Positions 39,043 to 51,816 are shown, counted from the first letter of the stretch. The stretch is 64,000 nucleotides of DNA from Azolla caroliniana (GCA_043228905.1 JBHGNT010000008.1:17732001-17796000), one strand, 5' to 3'. Translations and numbers: made by a program. The notes: generated from the letters alone by a model not told the origin.

Positions 39043-41160
39043 TCCCGGTTCTCGCCACCGAGGGATTCGCGGTTTCGCTCGTGGTTCGGCCGCACCGTCA
39101 GAAATTGGACTGAATGGCGCCCATCCTGGCTTTTGACCCTCGCGTAGGCCGAACCGTTGTCCAGCACCTTGGTCTCCATTCGCGCCGCCGTGATGTATGG
39201 TTCCCCTAATATGACCGGGTGCGAGGACGTCTCCTGTACGAAGAAGTGCTGGTCAATCTCGACGTCGCCAATCTTGACTCGCACGTTCGGGCAGGCCCCA
39301 TGCAGTTCCTCGGTGGCGCGCGTCGCCGCCCGTATCTTCCACCCGTGCTTGGTGTTGATCGGCCACTTTCCCTTCTTATAGAAGTCCATGGACATTAGGT
39401 TTATTTCCGAACCGTGGTCCACCAATGCCACCACCGGTTCCTGAACATCTCCGATCTTTACCGGGGTCTCCGTGGTCGCTCGGGCCCAGTGCGGCCTTGA
39501 ATAGTGGCTCTCCGCCCACTCATCTTCCAGCGCCATGTCGTCGATGTGCGTCGTCCGCACCTCCACCGGTCCTTCCGGTTCCGTCTCCGTCGACAGCCTC
39601 TTCCGTTTCACCAGGTCCACAATGGAGTCGTGGAACTCCTTCTTGGCGATCCCTAGCACCTCTTGCAATGACAACTCCACTTTGCTGTCGAGGACCCGTT
39701 CTTCTAGGACCTTTCGTAGGTTCATGGTCCTTTCTATTTCCGTCCCCAGTCGGTATCCGCCCTTCTTGGGGTTCTCTTGCGAGCTGGACCCACCGGCATC
39801 GTTCCGTCATTGCCCAAATTGGGTCTCGTACTGTTGTGAGGGCCCGGCCGATCCGGCTTTCCCCACTCGTTTGTCTTCTACCAGAGCCTCGTAGTTCCAG
39901 CAGGCGGCTTCTACGAAGCCCGTCTTCTCCTCGATCGGGTCGCTCCACCCGGTTATTTCCCGGACCCATCTCTCAGTGCGGTCCGTTTCATCTTTCCTCA
40001 GCCGTGCGCGGGCGAGGCCTTCCAGCATTGCTGACCAGAATCCGTCTTTGCTCTCCTTTCGGGCCTCGCTGCCCCCGACCCGAATACCGGCCGACGCCGA
40101 GTAGTGGATGGCCTCCACGTGTCGGGCCGCTGCCTCTTCCATTAGTCTCTTCATACCTCCTCGCCCGTCGTTTCGGTTCAGGGCCCTTCTGGTGTCGTCG
40201 ACGTGCACCCGACCTTCCCACAAGTACACCACCCGGTTCCTCAACGCCTCTGCGAAATCACCGCAGTCCTTCCGAATGTGGCCGACCTCGTCACACCACA
40301 TTTCACCAGTTCCCTGCTGCCGGTCGTCGGTCGCGAGCCGGTTCGCCGCCTTCCCTTCGAGCCTGGGCGATCTGGAGATCCTTTATCGCCCGCGTCAACT
40401 CCTCCAGCGCTGCTCCTCCGGATGAGCCATTGACCATGCCGGTCGAAGCCGAACCGGTTTCGAGCCACTCCCGGGCTTCTGCCCTTCGCTCTTGCGGTGC
40501 CGGTTCAAGCCTCCTTGCTGTGACAGACCCCGCACCGGCCGCCCCGTTATCAGCCCATTCTCGCCGTTTGTCGAAACGGCCACAGACTCTCTTAACTGCA
40601 GCCCAGTCGGTCGTCAGCCCGTCTTCGGTTTCCAGCAAGGAGCCGACTTGATCCCGGTCCCGCTCGTCCACCGACTTGACGAACAGTAGGACCCGGCTCG
40701 TATCCAGAACGGTTCGGTCAAGCGCCGAAAGGCGCGCAAAGCGTTCTTCGAACTCCCGGAGGAGTGCCGACACGGATCTTCCCTTGCCGGGGGACTCCAC
40801 CCATTCCATGAAGTCTCGTTTCGAAAGCCGGAGCGCGTCGTCCAGCCCGTATTTTTCCAGGAGTCGGCCTTCGAACTCCTCCCAGGTACGGCTCTCCGCC
40901 CGCACCTCGAGCACCTCCGCATGGATGCTCGGCATCGCCACTCGAGGAAACCCGGCAAGACGCCTCTCTTCCGGAATGTCCCGCATCAGCATTTCTGCCT
41001 CGTAGGACGCCAAATACTTCGTGGCATCCTTTCCGCTGAACCGGCCGATCGTACCGACGACCGCCTCAATGGGTCTGTCGAGGGCGCCGGAGCCCTCGCG
41101 TGCGCTCAATATCCGATCCACGGCCGAAGCCATGGCCTCCGCAAGATCCGACCCTTTCAT
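39033..41160 (-). pseudogene. Element B gag-protease
   Basis: ORFs 40303..41679, 39807..40301 and 39033..39725; the last two share a frame. Zinc knuckle followed by the aspartic protease motifs ALVDHGSEIN and VILGEP. Confidence 0.85.
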
Positions 41161-41182
41161 CTTCTGCTCTTCTGCCGCCTCC

Positions 41183-41200
41183 TTCACGTCGGGTTCACCA
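41183..41200 (-). promoter_or_regulatory. Primer binding site complementary to tRNA-Trp 3' end
   Basis: The + strand reads TTCACGTCGGGTTCACCA, the 3'-terminal 18 nt of plant cytosolic tRNA-Trp including CCA. It lies 4 nt inside the 5' LTR. Confidence 0.93.
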
Positions 41201-43575
41201 AAGATGTCGAGGCATTCCTCGCGGATGCGTGGAATGAGGCGGGACCTCGGGGGTCTTGTACCGAAGAGCAAGAGAGAGAGGAGAAGAGACCCACTACGTG
41301 CGAGAGTAGATTCACAAGGACACGGCCCTTCGACACAAAGACGCGAGTGGGACAGCGACACAGAGAGACACGAATGTATGTATGTATTAACAAAGACAAA
41401 CAACAAAACACAAAGTCGGTTACAACCGAACAGGCCGGCGAACAGATGCCGATACCTGTTCGTAAACGCACAGAAAGGAAGGAGTAGGTTGGAGGTGCTG
41501 CCGGAAGCACTCGGGCATTCCTCAGAGCAGCGCGAGCCTCTCGAAACCTGCACAGAAAGGAAGCTATGGAGTTTTCGAACCAGAGAGAGAGAGAAGCCTT
41601 CGCACACAAACCGACAGCACTTCGTCCTCGACTCTCCGCGATCCCTTCCCCCCTCTCGTCTCCCTCCTTTTATAGGCAAGGAAGGAGCCGTTTCCTATTA
41701 ACTTCCTACCTACCGAATCTACCTACTTAGGATCTTCTATGTCCCAAATTCTCTCCTATGTACAACACAAGGTGTACGTGCATGAAGAGCCGGTTCCTAT
41801 GCTCCGGCACACCGATTCCGCTTGTGGACGGTTTTCTTCATGACAACATGTATGGATATGTTGTCGGTTATGAACAGTAAAGAACGCAGACAGAAAAATA
41901 GAATAGGTGTAGATTTACACAGTGCAAGCTCTAATGGAAAGCTTTATTTCTTTGTTCTCACTCTCTCTCTGAGATATAATACATAGAACCAGAGAATCAG
42001 TTCTCTATCTCTTCGTCTCTCTCTTCCACTCGTCACACTATACAATGCTAGGTATTCGCTTATATACTAAGCCCTAACTTATTGACGAGTTCACACTCGG
42101 ACGGATACAATTTGGAAGGAGTCGACCTTTTATGCCAACAAATAATTCGGCATGCACCTTCATTCCCCATTCGAACACAACCGTGATCTCTGGCTTTGTA
42201 GGATGAGAAGCATTCACGATCGGGGGTTAGATGGAACGATGCTCTAGAGTAGACCACCCATGTTGTTTCGTTGCTAACAAGGTGCGGCTCACTCTCCTCG
42301 GTGATCAACAACAATTCTTCCTTGCTTGTTGCTATTGCCGACGTTCCTTTCCGGTCCAAACTTGTCCGGTACGGACCCCTCTTTGAGTCGGCATTGTCGG
42401 TTCCTTTCTCCTTCCGCAAGTGTCGGCAATTCTTCTGGAAGTGCCCCGGCTTCCCAAAGTAGAAGCACGCATGCCTCCCCCTTGACTTTGACCTCGTCCC
42501 CGATTTATCCCGGTTCTGGCCTCTTCCTTGGTTATTGTCATCTTTCGTAACCAAGGCCTTCGGATCGGTTCTGGACTCCCAGCCCGAGCTTCTTCATCCA
42601 ACAAGCTTGATTTAACCCTTGATAGGGATAGATGTTTTCCTTCCACCCCGGCATTGCCCAAGGTGACAACTAACGTCTCCCAACTATCTGGGAGGGAACT
42701 GAGCAGCAACAACGCGAGTACCTCGTCAGCCAGGGGTACTTCCAACAAGGTTGTTTGGTTTATCATCCCTTGGAAGGCATTCATGTGCTCCACCATACTG
42801 GATCCATCTTGGTATTGGAGTCTCACTAACTTCCGGAATACTGAGAATCGATTCACAACATTTTTACTCTCCAGCATGGTATCGATTTTCTCCAGAGCAC
42901 ATGATCCTTACTTTCTTCGTTGAAGTTGTTGTACAGGCTCATGTCGATGAAGCATCTTATGTATGCCGTCGTCTTCATATGCATCACCTCTCAGTTCGCG
43001 ACATCGATTTTATCTAGTCTTTTGTCTCCAAACTGTACCGACAACCAACGATGTTTGACCACCAACATGTCCCTCATCTTCGACTTCCATACTGGGTAGT
43101 TGGAGCCAGTGAGCTTGAATATGCCGCTGAATGGATCTTCCATGCTCTGATACTAGTTTGTAGCAAATAGTGATCGACCTCAACCGAGTCTCAAACACAC
43201 GATGGAAGAAACAAATAGAAAGTAGATGAATACACTTACACACTATAGAAGAGACGCCACAGGATATTAACGTGGAAACCCTTATCGGAGAAAACCACGG
43301 GAGTTCTCAAACTCCGAACAAAATCACTATATATGAAGGGTATAGTGGGAGACTCAGAGGCAACGACCTCAAGCTCTATCTTCGCCTACCGGCGGTTACA
43401 ACAGAAAACACGTCTCTCTGTATATGTGTCTCTCTCTCTCTGTATTTCTGTACAACAATAATGACAACAACCTTAATGAACATTGTTGCCCTAGTTATAT
43501 TTATACTTATATAAATTTAGAACTATTTACAAATATGACCTAAAATAGTCACATCGGAACATATACATAAACTAA

Positions 43576-46490
43576 TGTCTAACTGGATATCAGTTGGATC
43601 CATCTGGTCCAGTTCTTTTCCTTTGGCTCGTCCGATCCGGCTTGTCCGATTGTCATCCAAAGGGACCGAATTCCCAACAGGAAGGATATATACCTAACAC
43701 AACCTATAATATTCCTATTACTAAAATAGGAATATAGACCCCTAATGGCCAGTCGATTCGGTTTACCAACCAATTCGGGCCTAGCTAATTGTTCTCCAAC
43801 CAATTTGGTTCTAAGCTTCTTTAGCCGATTCAGCCCATTTTGAGCTCGTTTCTCAACACTCCCCCTCAAGCTCAACTTGAGGTCCCTCCGTGTTAGCTTT
43901 GGTTGGTCCATCATTCCAGCTCCTCCTGGTGTCCCGACACCTCGCTTGTGCTCCTCGTTCGGTCCAGTTCTGCGTCCCACGACCCCTATGGTCCAACTTT
44001 TCCCGACCTCTTTGGTTCCGCACTCCTCAACCTGCTCGGTCAGCTTGTCTACTACCTAGGCCCTTGTCAGCTCCCTCGCTGTTGCGGTATTAGCTCCCCT
44101 CAACCCGTCGGTTCCCCTGTCACGGTGTTGGCTTTAGCTGCCTCCTTGTCCGCTTGGCCTTAATGCGATTCGGCTCTTCCGAATCACTCTTTTCGACCAA
44201 ATCGGTTGTCTCTGATTCGTTCCCGCTCTTGTCCAAATTGGCTGTCTACAATTAGTCCTCGCCCTTGATGACATTTGACCATGTCCTGGTCTTGGCCTTT
44301 ATCTTCAGGTCGGCTTTGCCCTTCTTGACTCTGCCACCTGCCTTGCCTTTCTTGGCTCTATCTCCCCCTTGTTTGGATAGCTTTGGCTTCGACCCGTTCT
44401 TTTGGCCGCTTCCCCTACATTTGGCTAGTCTCCACATAGCCAATCTTCTTCCATTTGTCCATACATCCTCGACTTCTTCAGCCGATGTGGACGTTTTGAC
44501 CTCTTTAGTCATTTCGAAATCGAATTCTTCACCCAATTCGGTTTTTCAGACTTCATCTCTCTCCTCGCTCTCCTTCTCGCTCCTCCCCCTCAAGTTCGGC
44601 ATGTCGAGGTGTTGTATGCCTAGCATGCCCGAGAATTGCCGCAACTTGTCTAGGTTGAGAGGTTTGGTGAAGGTATCAGCAACTTGCCGATCAGTTGGAA
44701 CATACACGAGTTCCACTTCATTGGAGAGAACCTGCTCACAGACAAAATGATAGTGCACCTCAATGTGCTTGGACCGGGCATGGAAGATGCGGCTAGATGT
44801 TGTTGAGGTTGTTGTAGTTGATCGTCGTCTGATCGACAACCTCCACCCGCAAATCCTTTAGTAGCCGCTTGAGGCATATGGCTTCGCATGTAGCGACAAC
44901 CGCTCCTCGATATTCGGCCTCGGTCCTTGACAGTGCCACTATCGACTGCTTCTTGTTGCTCCATGCGATCGCGACGCTTCCCAATGAGAACAAAAAACCT
45001 AATGTTGACTAGTGATCGCCGACATTTCTGGCCCAATCGGCATTTGTGTAGCCGACTAATTGTTCAGTTACCCCAACCCGATACAACACGCGGCCCTTGT
45101 CCTTAGTGCCACTTACATATCATAAGATCCTTTGTGCGCACTGAAGATGTTTGATCTTCAGTTGCGATATGAATTGACTGATCAATTCGACCGGATAGCT
45201 GAGCTCCGGGCCAGTGATGGTCAAGTAATTGAGGCTTCTGACAATCTGTCGGAACCGTGTTGGGTCGCATGTCTTTCCCGATCCTTGGCAAAGCTTCACA
45301 TTTCTATCCAGAGGAGTCACGACGAATTTACAATACGTCATTCCGAACTTGAAGATCATACTTAGCACATAATGTCGTTGGTTGATCAGTATGCCTTCGG
45401 GGGTGCGGATCACTTCGATCCCAAGGAAGTAATGAAGGTCCCCCAGATCCTTCATATCAAATGATGCGGCAAGTTGAGACTTGACTCGGCCGATTTCTTC
45501 GAGATCAGCATCGGCGATGACTAAATCATCGACATATAGCAATATGGTTATCGGTCCGGTCTGACTTTGCCAAATGAATAGTGATGAGTCCGATTTTGAC
45601 GGAGCAAACCCCATCTTACGCAACCTCTGCGTGATTTTCGTGTTCTAGGCATGCAAGCCTTGCTTTAAGTTGTATAGGGACTTCTTCAGTCGGCAAACTG
45701 CCGATGGGTTCTGTTTGGATAGAAATTTGGGGAGCTATACCATGTATACCTGTTCCTGAAGCTCGCCTTGTAGGAACATATTCTTTATATCCATTTGATG
45801 TAGATGCCACTCCTTCTCCGCGGCTACCGCTAGAAAAACACGGACGATCGTCATCTTCGCGACTGGCGCAAAAGTCTCATCGTAATCGATGCTGTGTTGC
45901 TGCGCATAACCCTTTGCCACGAATCAGGTCTTGTATCAGTTAACGGAGCCGTTGGTGTTGTACTTTACCTTGTACACCTACCTACATCCAATCGACGTCA
46001 CACCCTTGGGGGCATCAACCAGGCCCCATGTCTCGTTTTCGGCCAATGCACGCATCTCTTCCTCCTTAGCGGCATGCCAATTCACATCCTTTGCTGCTTC
46101 TGCGTAGCTCTCCGGTTCATGCACTTCCGCCACCTTCGCCATATACGCATAATGATGTGCCATATAGACGTTGTATCTGTTCCAAACAATGGGGTTCTTC
46201 TGGCGGGTGGATCAACGCAACTTCTGGTTTGTCGATTTCAAGGACCTCTTGGCCAACTCCGATCTCGTTTTTGGAGGTCCGTCTTCGCTCCTAGCCGCGT
46301 CGGATTCATTCGGATCCGATGCACTGGCCTCTGTGCCGTATTCCAACATCTTCATCTTCCCCTTCTCCTTGCGCATACGCCGTCTCCTCCGTTCCTTGCG
46401 CGGGGATTGCATGACCGACTCGTCGAATACGACATCACAACTTACTCTGACCTCTTTCGTTCGGGGGTTATAACACTTATAACCCTTTGG
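43576..46490 (-). mobile_element. Ty1/Copia element E (F/G/H-related), 5'-truncated; partial 3' LTR ending at 43858
   Basis: PPT at 43859-43870. RT/RNase H fragments 45120..45623, 44793..44993 and 44546..44839. MAHHYAYM motif in 45978..46163. Stops abruptly in the integrase C-terminus. Confidence 0.85.
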
Positions 46491-46546
46491 GAGTCATGAA
46501 TCACTACACTATAGGGCATTGAATTGAGAACCAATACCCATCTAGA

Positions 46547-46569
46547 TACACACACACACACACACACAC
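46547..46569. repeat. (CA)n microsatellite upstream of the LBP/BPI gene; another lies at ~52362-52391
   Basis: Direct inspection. Confidence 0.9.
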
Positions 46570-46693
46570 GTGTGTACATATGTACATGATACATACATAA
46601 TTGAGTTTGTCTTCAACAAATTTGAGGCCCCATATTTTTGTGTACATATATTGACTCCAAGAACCAGAACAGAGCAAATTGCTCTGCAAAACC

Positions 46694-49600
46694 ATGAAAC
46701 CATCGAGTTTTACCTCCCTCACCAATCTCCTTCTTCTTCTTCTCCTCCTCCTTCTATGCCTCCTCCTTCATGAAGGTCAAGGCCGCGACGCATCTCTGCA
46801 TAACGAAACAGATGAAGCAGACTTGTCGGAGCCTCATGAAGATGATGAAGCAGCCATATGGATAACTCTTTCTCAAAGTGGTCTGGATTGGGTCAAAGAC
46901 GTAATTGTCGAACAGATTCTGACGACAATCACTCCTGTCACATTCCCTGACATCACATCAGATTCAACTGTGCCATTCGTGGGCCGATTGACATCATATT
47001 TCTCCAATTTCACTCTTTTAAGGGCAGTAGTGGGATCTTCGATTGTATTGGTGAATGAAGAAGGTATCCTCTTGATGGCTTCAGATGTGGCTACTAACTT
47101 GTCTCTGGATTGGCAATATACATACGATAACATGTGGCTTCCTAGCCCTATTTCCGACTCAGGTGGCGCTTTTATACAGGTTTTTTCATTCAATTCGCTT
47201 TTAAGTTTATTTCTTTTTTCGTTTTGAATATTTTTTATGGATGGTTTGTGTAGTTTATATTTTAAGTTTTTTGATGCCTTGAGTGTTATGGTTTTCCTTG
47301 TGTGCTTTATGCACCTTGTCCTATTAATTGACCAAGTTTTCCTTTTCATGCATGACATGATAGTGAAGTATGTGAATGAATGCCCAACATTTGTGTCATG
47401 CTCTCTTCCCCTTGTAAACGTGATACAGAGCTTTTCATCCTTTCACTTTACTAACCTGCTAAGTTTTCCTTCTCGTGCATGATATAGTTGGAAATAATGA
47501 ATTGCAAATGGTTTGGAAAACTTAGATTAGGTTTTTGTGATAATCATAATATTATGAATGAGAGCTATCAACCACCAAAATTGCTATCATTTTGTGGATG
47601 GAAAACGAGTAGAGTTCTGGGAGATGGGGAAATATCATTACTGGTCATTGACTAAGAACCCTCTATTATAACATTACTATAAATGTTAACCTTACAGAAT
47701 TCTTACCATTAAATGCCTGAATTGTTGTGGAAGAAAAATCAGTTGATTGATCCTTCAGTTAACGATGATTTTACCAGCTAGCCACTGGAAACATATTAGT
47801 GTCAGATTGGAGAGGATAAAATAGAGAAGTTATACCAGTTTGATATCGCCAATAACCTTTAAATGTTCTACGGGAAGAAACACTTGAGTTTGATTTTGTT
47901 TCCTTTGGAAATAATTCTAAAATGGCAATCTCAAAATTTCATCCAGTGTTTTCGAGAACAAAGGCACTATTTTTATGGATGTTACAAGAGACAAAGGTAT
48001 ATCCGAATGGTTCAGTTCATATTACATATAGACACCATGTTTCAACCATTTAAAACTTGGCCATGGCCTTGAGATTGTATCCCATTCATGGATATTTGCG
48101 TTCTACTATGTTGGGATTCTGAGAATTTTTTATTCAGTTCAGAGTATTAAACCTGCAGATTTAATGCATCAAACCCAATTTTTTAGCTATTGTCTTCCAT
48201 GAGCCACAACACTGTTTCAAGCAAATGTAACCTCCCCTGATTGAGGAGACCAGTGGTGTTACCACTCACTAAGACAAGAAAAAATGATCCTCTTGTCAAT
48301 AATGGTGCTATCTATCTCCTTATAATGGATATTTCTTCAAATTCAGTGGGTGCCTCTGTACATGGATGGTATTGAGGATTGTTGTATGCATCAAGGAAAA
48401 TGGGGAACTGACCCTTGAACTTATATATTGATTACAAATGGATATATTTTCATATAAGCAGTCACTTCTGGACATATATGGTATTTGTGAATTGTTGTAT
48501 TCATCATCAAACATGGGGAACCGACTCTTGAAAGTATACATTTGACTCTACTTGGGGCGGTCTTTTTGTTGATGAGATACGTTTGGAAAAGGTATGATGC
48601 ATGACTTCCTTGATTATAACATCATCTCCTTGACTCCGCACCAATCATCTTAGTTAGGATCTTAAATTTTCCAAAAATATCAGTGATGACTTAAAGCATT
48701 TGTCATACTTCCCATGTTTTTCTAGGAACTCCCAAATCAACTGTTTATTTTGCATAAAATGTTGGTGGATTACATACCTCAAGAAATATGATACAAAAAG
48801 AGAAATCATGTATGAAGGGACCATTATTCCACTAGCAGAAGATTTTTAGATCCAATAGTAGAATTGTTATTGCAAGGTGAGTCTAAATAGAACAGGTAGA
48901 AAATACACCAGGAAACATCATACACCAGAAGGAGCTGTTTTGCCATGAGAACCAATACCAGCTCCAGTCATAGCTGTGCCCCAGTAAGATGTCTAGTTTC
49001 ATGTGCAAGAGTGATCGGCTATGGATGAATTGTGAAGAAATCTAGGTAATAGGGAAAGAGACAACATTGGTGGTCATTAACATCAATCGTTGTAGGATTG
49101 ATGAGCATGTAGATCCTCAAGTCCAACAAGAACTCGACATTAGAAGTAGCAAAATTGTAGGAGTTAGAAAATTGCGAAATTGTGATGGAAGCTTGAAGAG
49201 TATTAGTCTGAAATTATTTAGATTAAAAGATAGCATAGAAAAATGTTGTTGTCGAAGAAAATGAAGAAAGTGGGATTGTTTGGGCATGCAAAATAAGATA
49301 TTTTTCTTATGTAATACCATGGTGGATTATTTATGTACAGTATTGCTAAGTTCTTCATTGCACATCATGTGATATCGTAGTTGCATTAATTAATTTGTAA
49401 TAAATTTTATTCTCAGAGTTCAGAGATTAATATTATGGCTATGGTATTGAGTATTTTGAAGGTTGTAGGAATGCAATCTGGAGTGTCCGTAAATGTGCAC
49501 AAACATAGTGGAACACTGCAGCTGAATATTCTCCAATCAGGGGCCTATATTAATGATCTTGATGTACAGTTGAGTGGAGAAAGCTCTTGGCTGTACCAAT

Positions 49601-51816
49601 GGTATGATTTCATCTTGTTTGGTTCTTAAAGAAAAACCTATGTTTTCTAGACATATCAGGTATGCATCTGTGAATGGTTGCTGCTAATAGTAGCTTCTAT
49701 GGATGATGAGCAACTGTACAATTCGTTTTGTGAAATGTTGATGGCTAATACTGTGAAGTTTGTGTGAAAGCTTTACCACAATATACTCATGTAATTAAAA
49801 TAACGCTGAAAGTTCATACTATTTTGGCCAATGCTTTGAAGACCGTAGCACGCTGTCAGCCATTCACTATTATTTTTTAACAATTGTGATTATGACAGGC
49901 TGCTTGATGGACTAAAGGAGCGCATTCGTGTCACAACAGAGGAACAGCTGAATGAACAAATTCAGTTGGGAGTTGAGAATCTTAATTCCTTTTTGTTTGA
50001 CATACCCCAGAGAGTGCCAGTTGATGAGACATCTGTACTCAACTTCAGTGTCGTCTCTGAGCCAATATTCAATTCCAGTTCAATTAGTATAGGACTGAAA
50101 GGTGAATTTATAAGTCTGAAAAAGGTCAAGCCAACACGTAATCATGTTATACAAATGCTGCCTCTTAGCCTAACGTGCAGTGATGGTGCCAAGATGGTCT
50201 CCATCGCTCTCAGTGAATCTATTTTAAATGATGGTGCTGCTGTTTATTATAATGTAAGATATGTGATTGAAAGTTCATTAATACCTTGTACTTCTGCTAA
50301 AAATGCATATGTAATTATCATGGTTTATGCAGATGGATTTAGTCAATTGGCTAGTGGATAAAATGCCAGATAAAACATTTTTGAATACATCAAAGTGGAG
50401 GTATATAGTTCCACAACTGTATATTGACTATCCCAATGATGAAATAAAGTTCCACTTTGAAGTTACATCTCCTCCCACAATTTCATTAAGATTAAATGGA
50501 ATCGAGGGGTCTGCTGTTGTGGACATGATAATCGAAGTCATAAACGATGACAATATAGTACCAGTGGCTTGCATATCAATTGTGAGTCTATTCAACCCTA
50601 CATAAGTAAATTATGAGTCTGTTTTAACTTTATGTATACAATATCTACTATGAATCTATTCAACTCTAATGGGTTATGTAATAATCGGCATCCAGCCATA
50701 CTGTTACGATGATGTTCGAGCACTCCCTGACAGCCATTTAAAGCTCATAGAAATACTGTTTAAAGCTTGTAAAAGTATAGTTAGGTAATTACAATTGACC
50801 TTTGACAACATCTTTCTAGACAGTGCATGCAATACTGTTGTGAATTTATTAAACCCTAACAGGTAATGTAATAATTGGCATCCATCCATACCTTTGTCAG
50901 GATGTTGAAGCACATTCCTGACATCAGTTTAAAGTATTTAGTAATGTATTTAGATAATATAATTGAGCTTCAACAACATCTTTAGGGACAAGGCAATGCC
51001 TGTACATTCTTGTTTCCGTTATTTTTGAAGATATAGCACTTTTCAAGTCCTTGTTTTATTAATATTGTTTGGTTGAATTCTATCCATTTTTATGGTCAGC
51101 CATGCATGTTTCATCTTCTACTTCCGTAGAGATTTTTGTTTGCCTAATGTCTCTGGGTTATATTTTGATGTAAATTTTTTTATATTCTTTTTTTTTTTGC
51201 AGACTGCATCATTATCTGGCATTGCGGGTCTAAATGGAAATAATATCACAGGACAGATCAATGGTCTAAATGATCTGAACCTTGAGCTGAAATGGAGCAA
51301 TATAGGGAAAGTTCATTTGGTACTTGTCAAGGTATTTTCACTTGAAGAGATGTTATGTTACTGGTTTGCAACAAAGAAAACAACAAAAACGATAAACCAT
51401 AAAGCAGAAAAGCATAAAGCGAAAAACCCATAAGCAAACCAAACAATTGAAAGGAAAGAAAACCTTTAAAACAATCAAAAGCAACCCAAAAGTAGAGATG
51501 CCACAAATTTACAAAATTAACAGTCGAAATTTAAATAAAAGTCGGAAGAAATGAAAAGAAAAGAATATATTTTATTTATCTTTTGCATTTACTTGTTACT
51601 AAAAGAAGTATTGACATGACCTTGTTTTTTGCACAGGTTTTCCTGAAAGGTATCTTAAAAGAACTGTTGTTACCTTATCTAAATTTTAGCTTGAGAAGAG
51701 GGTTTCCTTTGCCCGTGATCCCTTATATGGAGCTTAGGGATTCAAATGTTGAGTATGGGGATGGTTTTCTCCGTGTTTGTACTGATGTGGAGTATAAAGG
51801 CTATGCGAATATGTGA
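46694..51816 (+). CDS. LBP/BPI-family lipid-binding serum glycoprotein (At1g04970-like), 6 exons, ~512 aa
   Basis: Exons 46694-47179, 49462-49601, 49899-50253, 50333-50581, 51203-51331 and 51637-51816, all with GT-AG introns, totalling 1539 nt in frame. Poly-Leu signal peptide; motifs LSQSGLDWVKD, LSGESSWLYQW, WRYIVPQLY and LRRGFPLP. Confidence 0.9.

Larger units (their letters stand above)
27806..41845 (-). mobile_element. Non-chromoviral Ty3/Gypsy element B inserted in the 5' LTR of A; LTRs 27806-28445 and 41205-41845
   Basis: ~640-bp TG..CA LTRs and 4-bp TSD ACGT/ACAT. GC-rich gag (CCHC-like WCDEVGHIRKDC), protease, RT (FLDD), RNase H and integrase (HHCC, GPY). No chromodomain. Confidence 0.93.
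10831..42140 (-). mobile_element. Ty1/Copia element A, full-length but pseudogenised: 3' LTR 10831-11152; 5' LTR split into 27775-27805 and 41846-42140
   Basis: LTR termini TGTTGATAAC...TATGCCAACA. PBS TGGTATCAGAGC at 27761-27772. PPT at 11153-11162. Gag 27163..27613, protease 26168..26626, integrase 25955..26152 and 24164..24817, RT/RNase H 12146..12515 and 11291..12118. Degenerate TSD GACAA/AATAA. Confidence 0.9.
10670..43567 (-). mobile_element. Ty1/Copia element D (outermost layer, 3'-truncated): 5' LTR ~43159-43567, gag-protease 42141-43143, continuing at 10670-10830
   Basis: PBS-iMet-like GCTCTGATACTA at 43144-43155 next to the LTR terminus TGTAGC. Gag and CCHC-like ORFs at 42332..42877 and 42060..42554. 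The protease reading GNEGACRI (~42145) resumes as VGIGDMLMTTSTGCKL at 10830, across the element A insertion. The LTR right edge is approximate. Confidence 0.75.

Noticed and set aside
39425-40651. 408-aa antisense ORF and other overlapping ORFs in GC-rich retroelements
   Set aside because: Shadow ORFs of GC-rich gag/pol with no recognisable domain.
47600-48950. Possible LINE fragments in LBP/BPI intron 1
   Set aside because: Only faint similarity; boundaries cannot be supported by eye.
50670-51010. ~190-bp imperfect duplication with a small hairpin in intron 4
   Set aside because: No snoRNA boxes or miRNA-length stem recognised; likely a neutral duplication.
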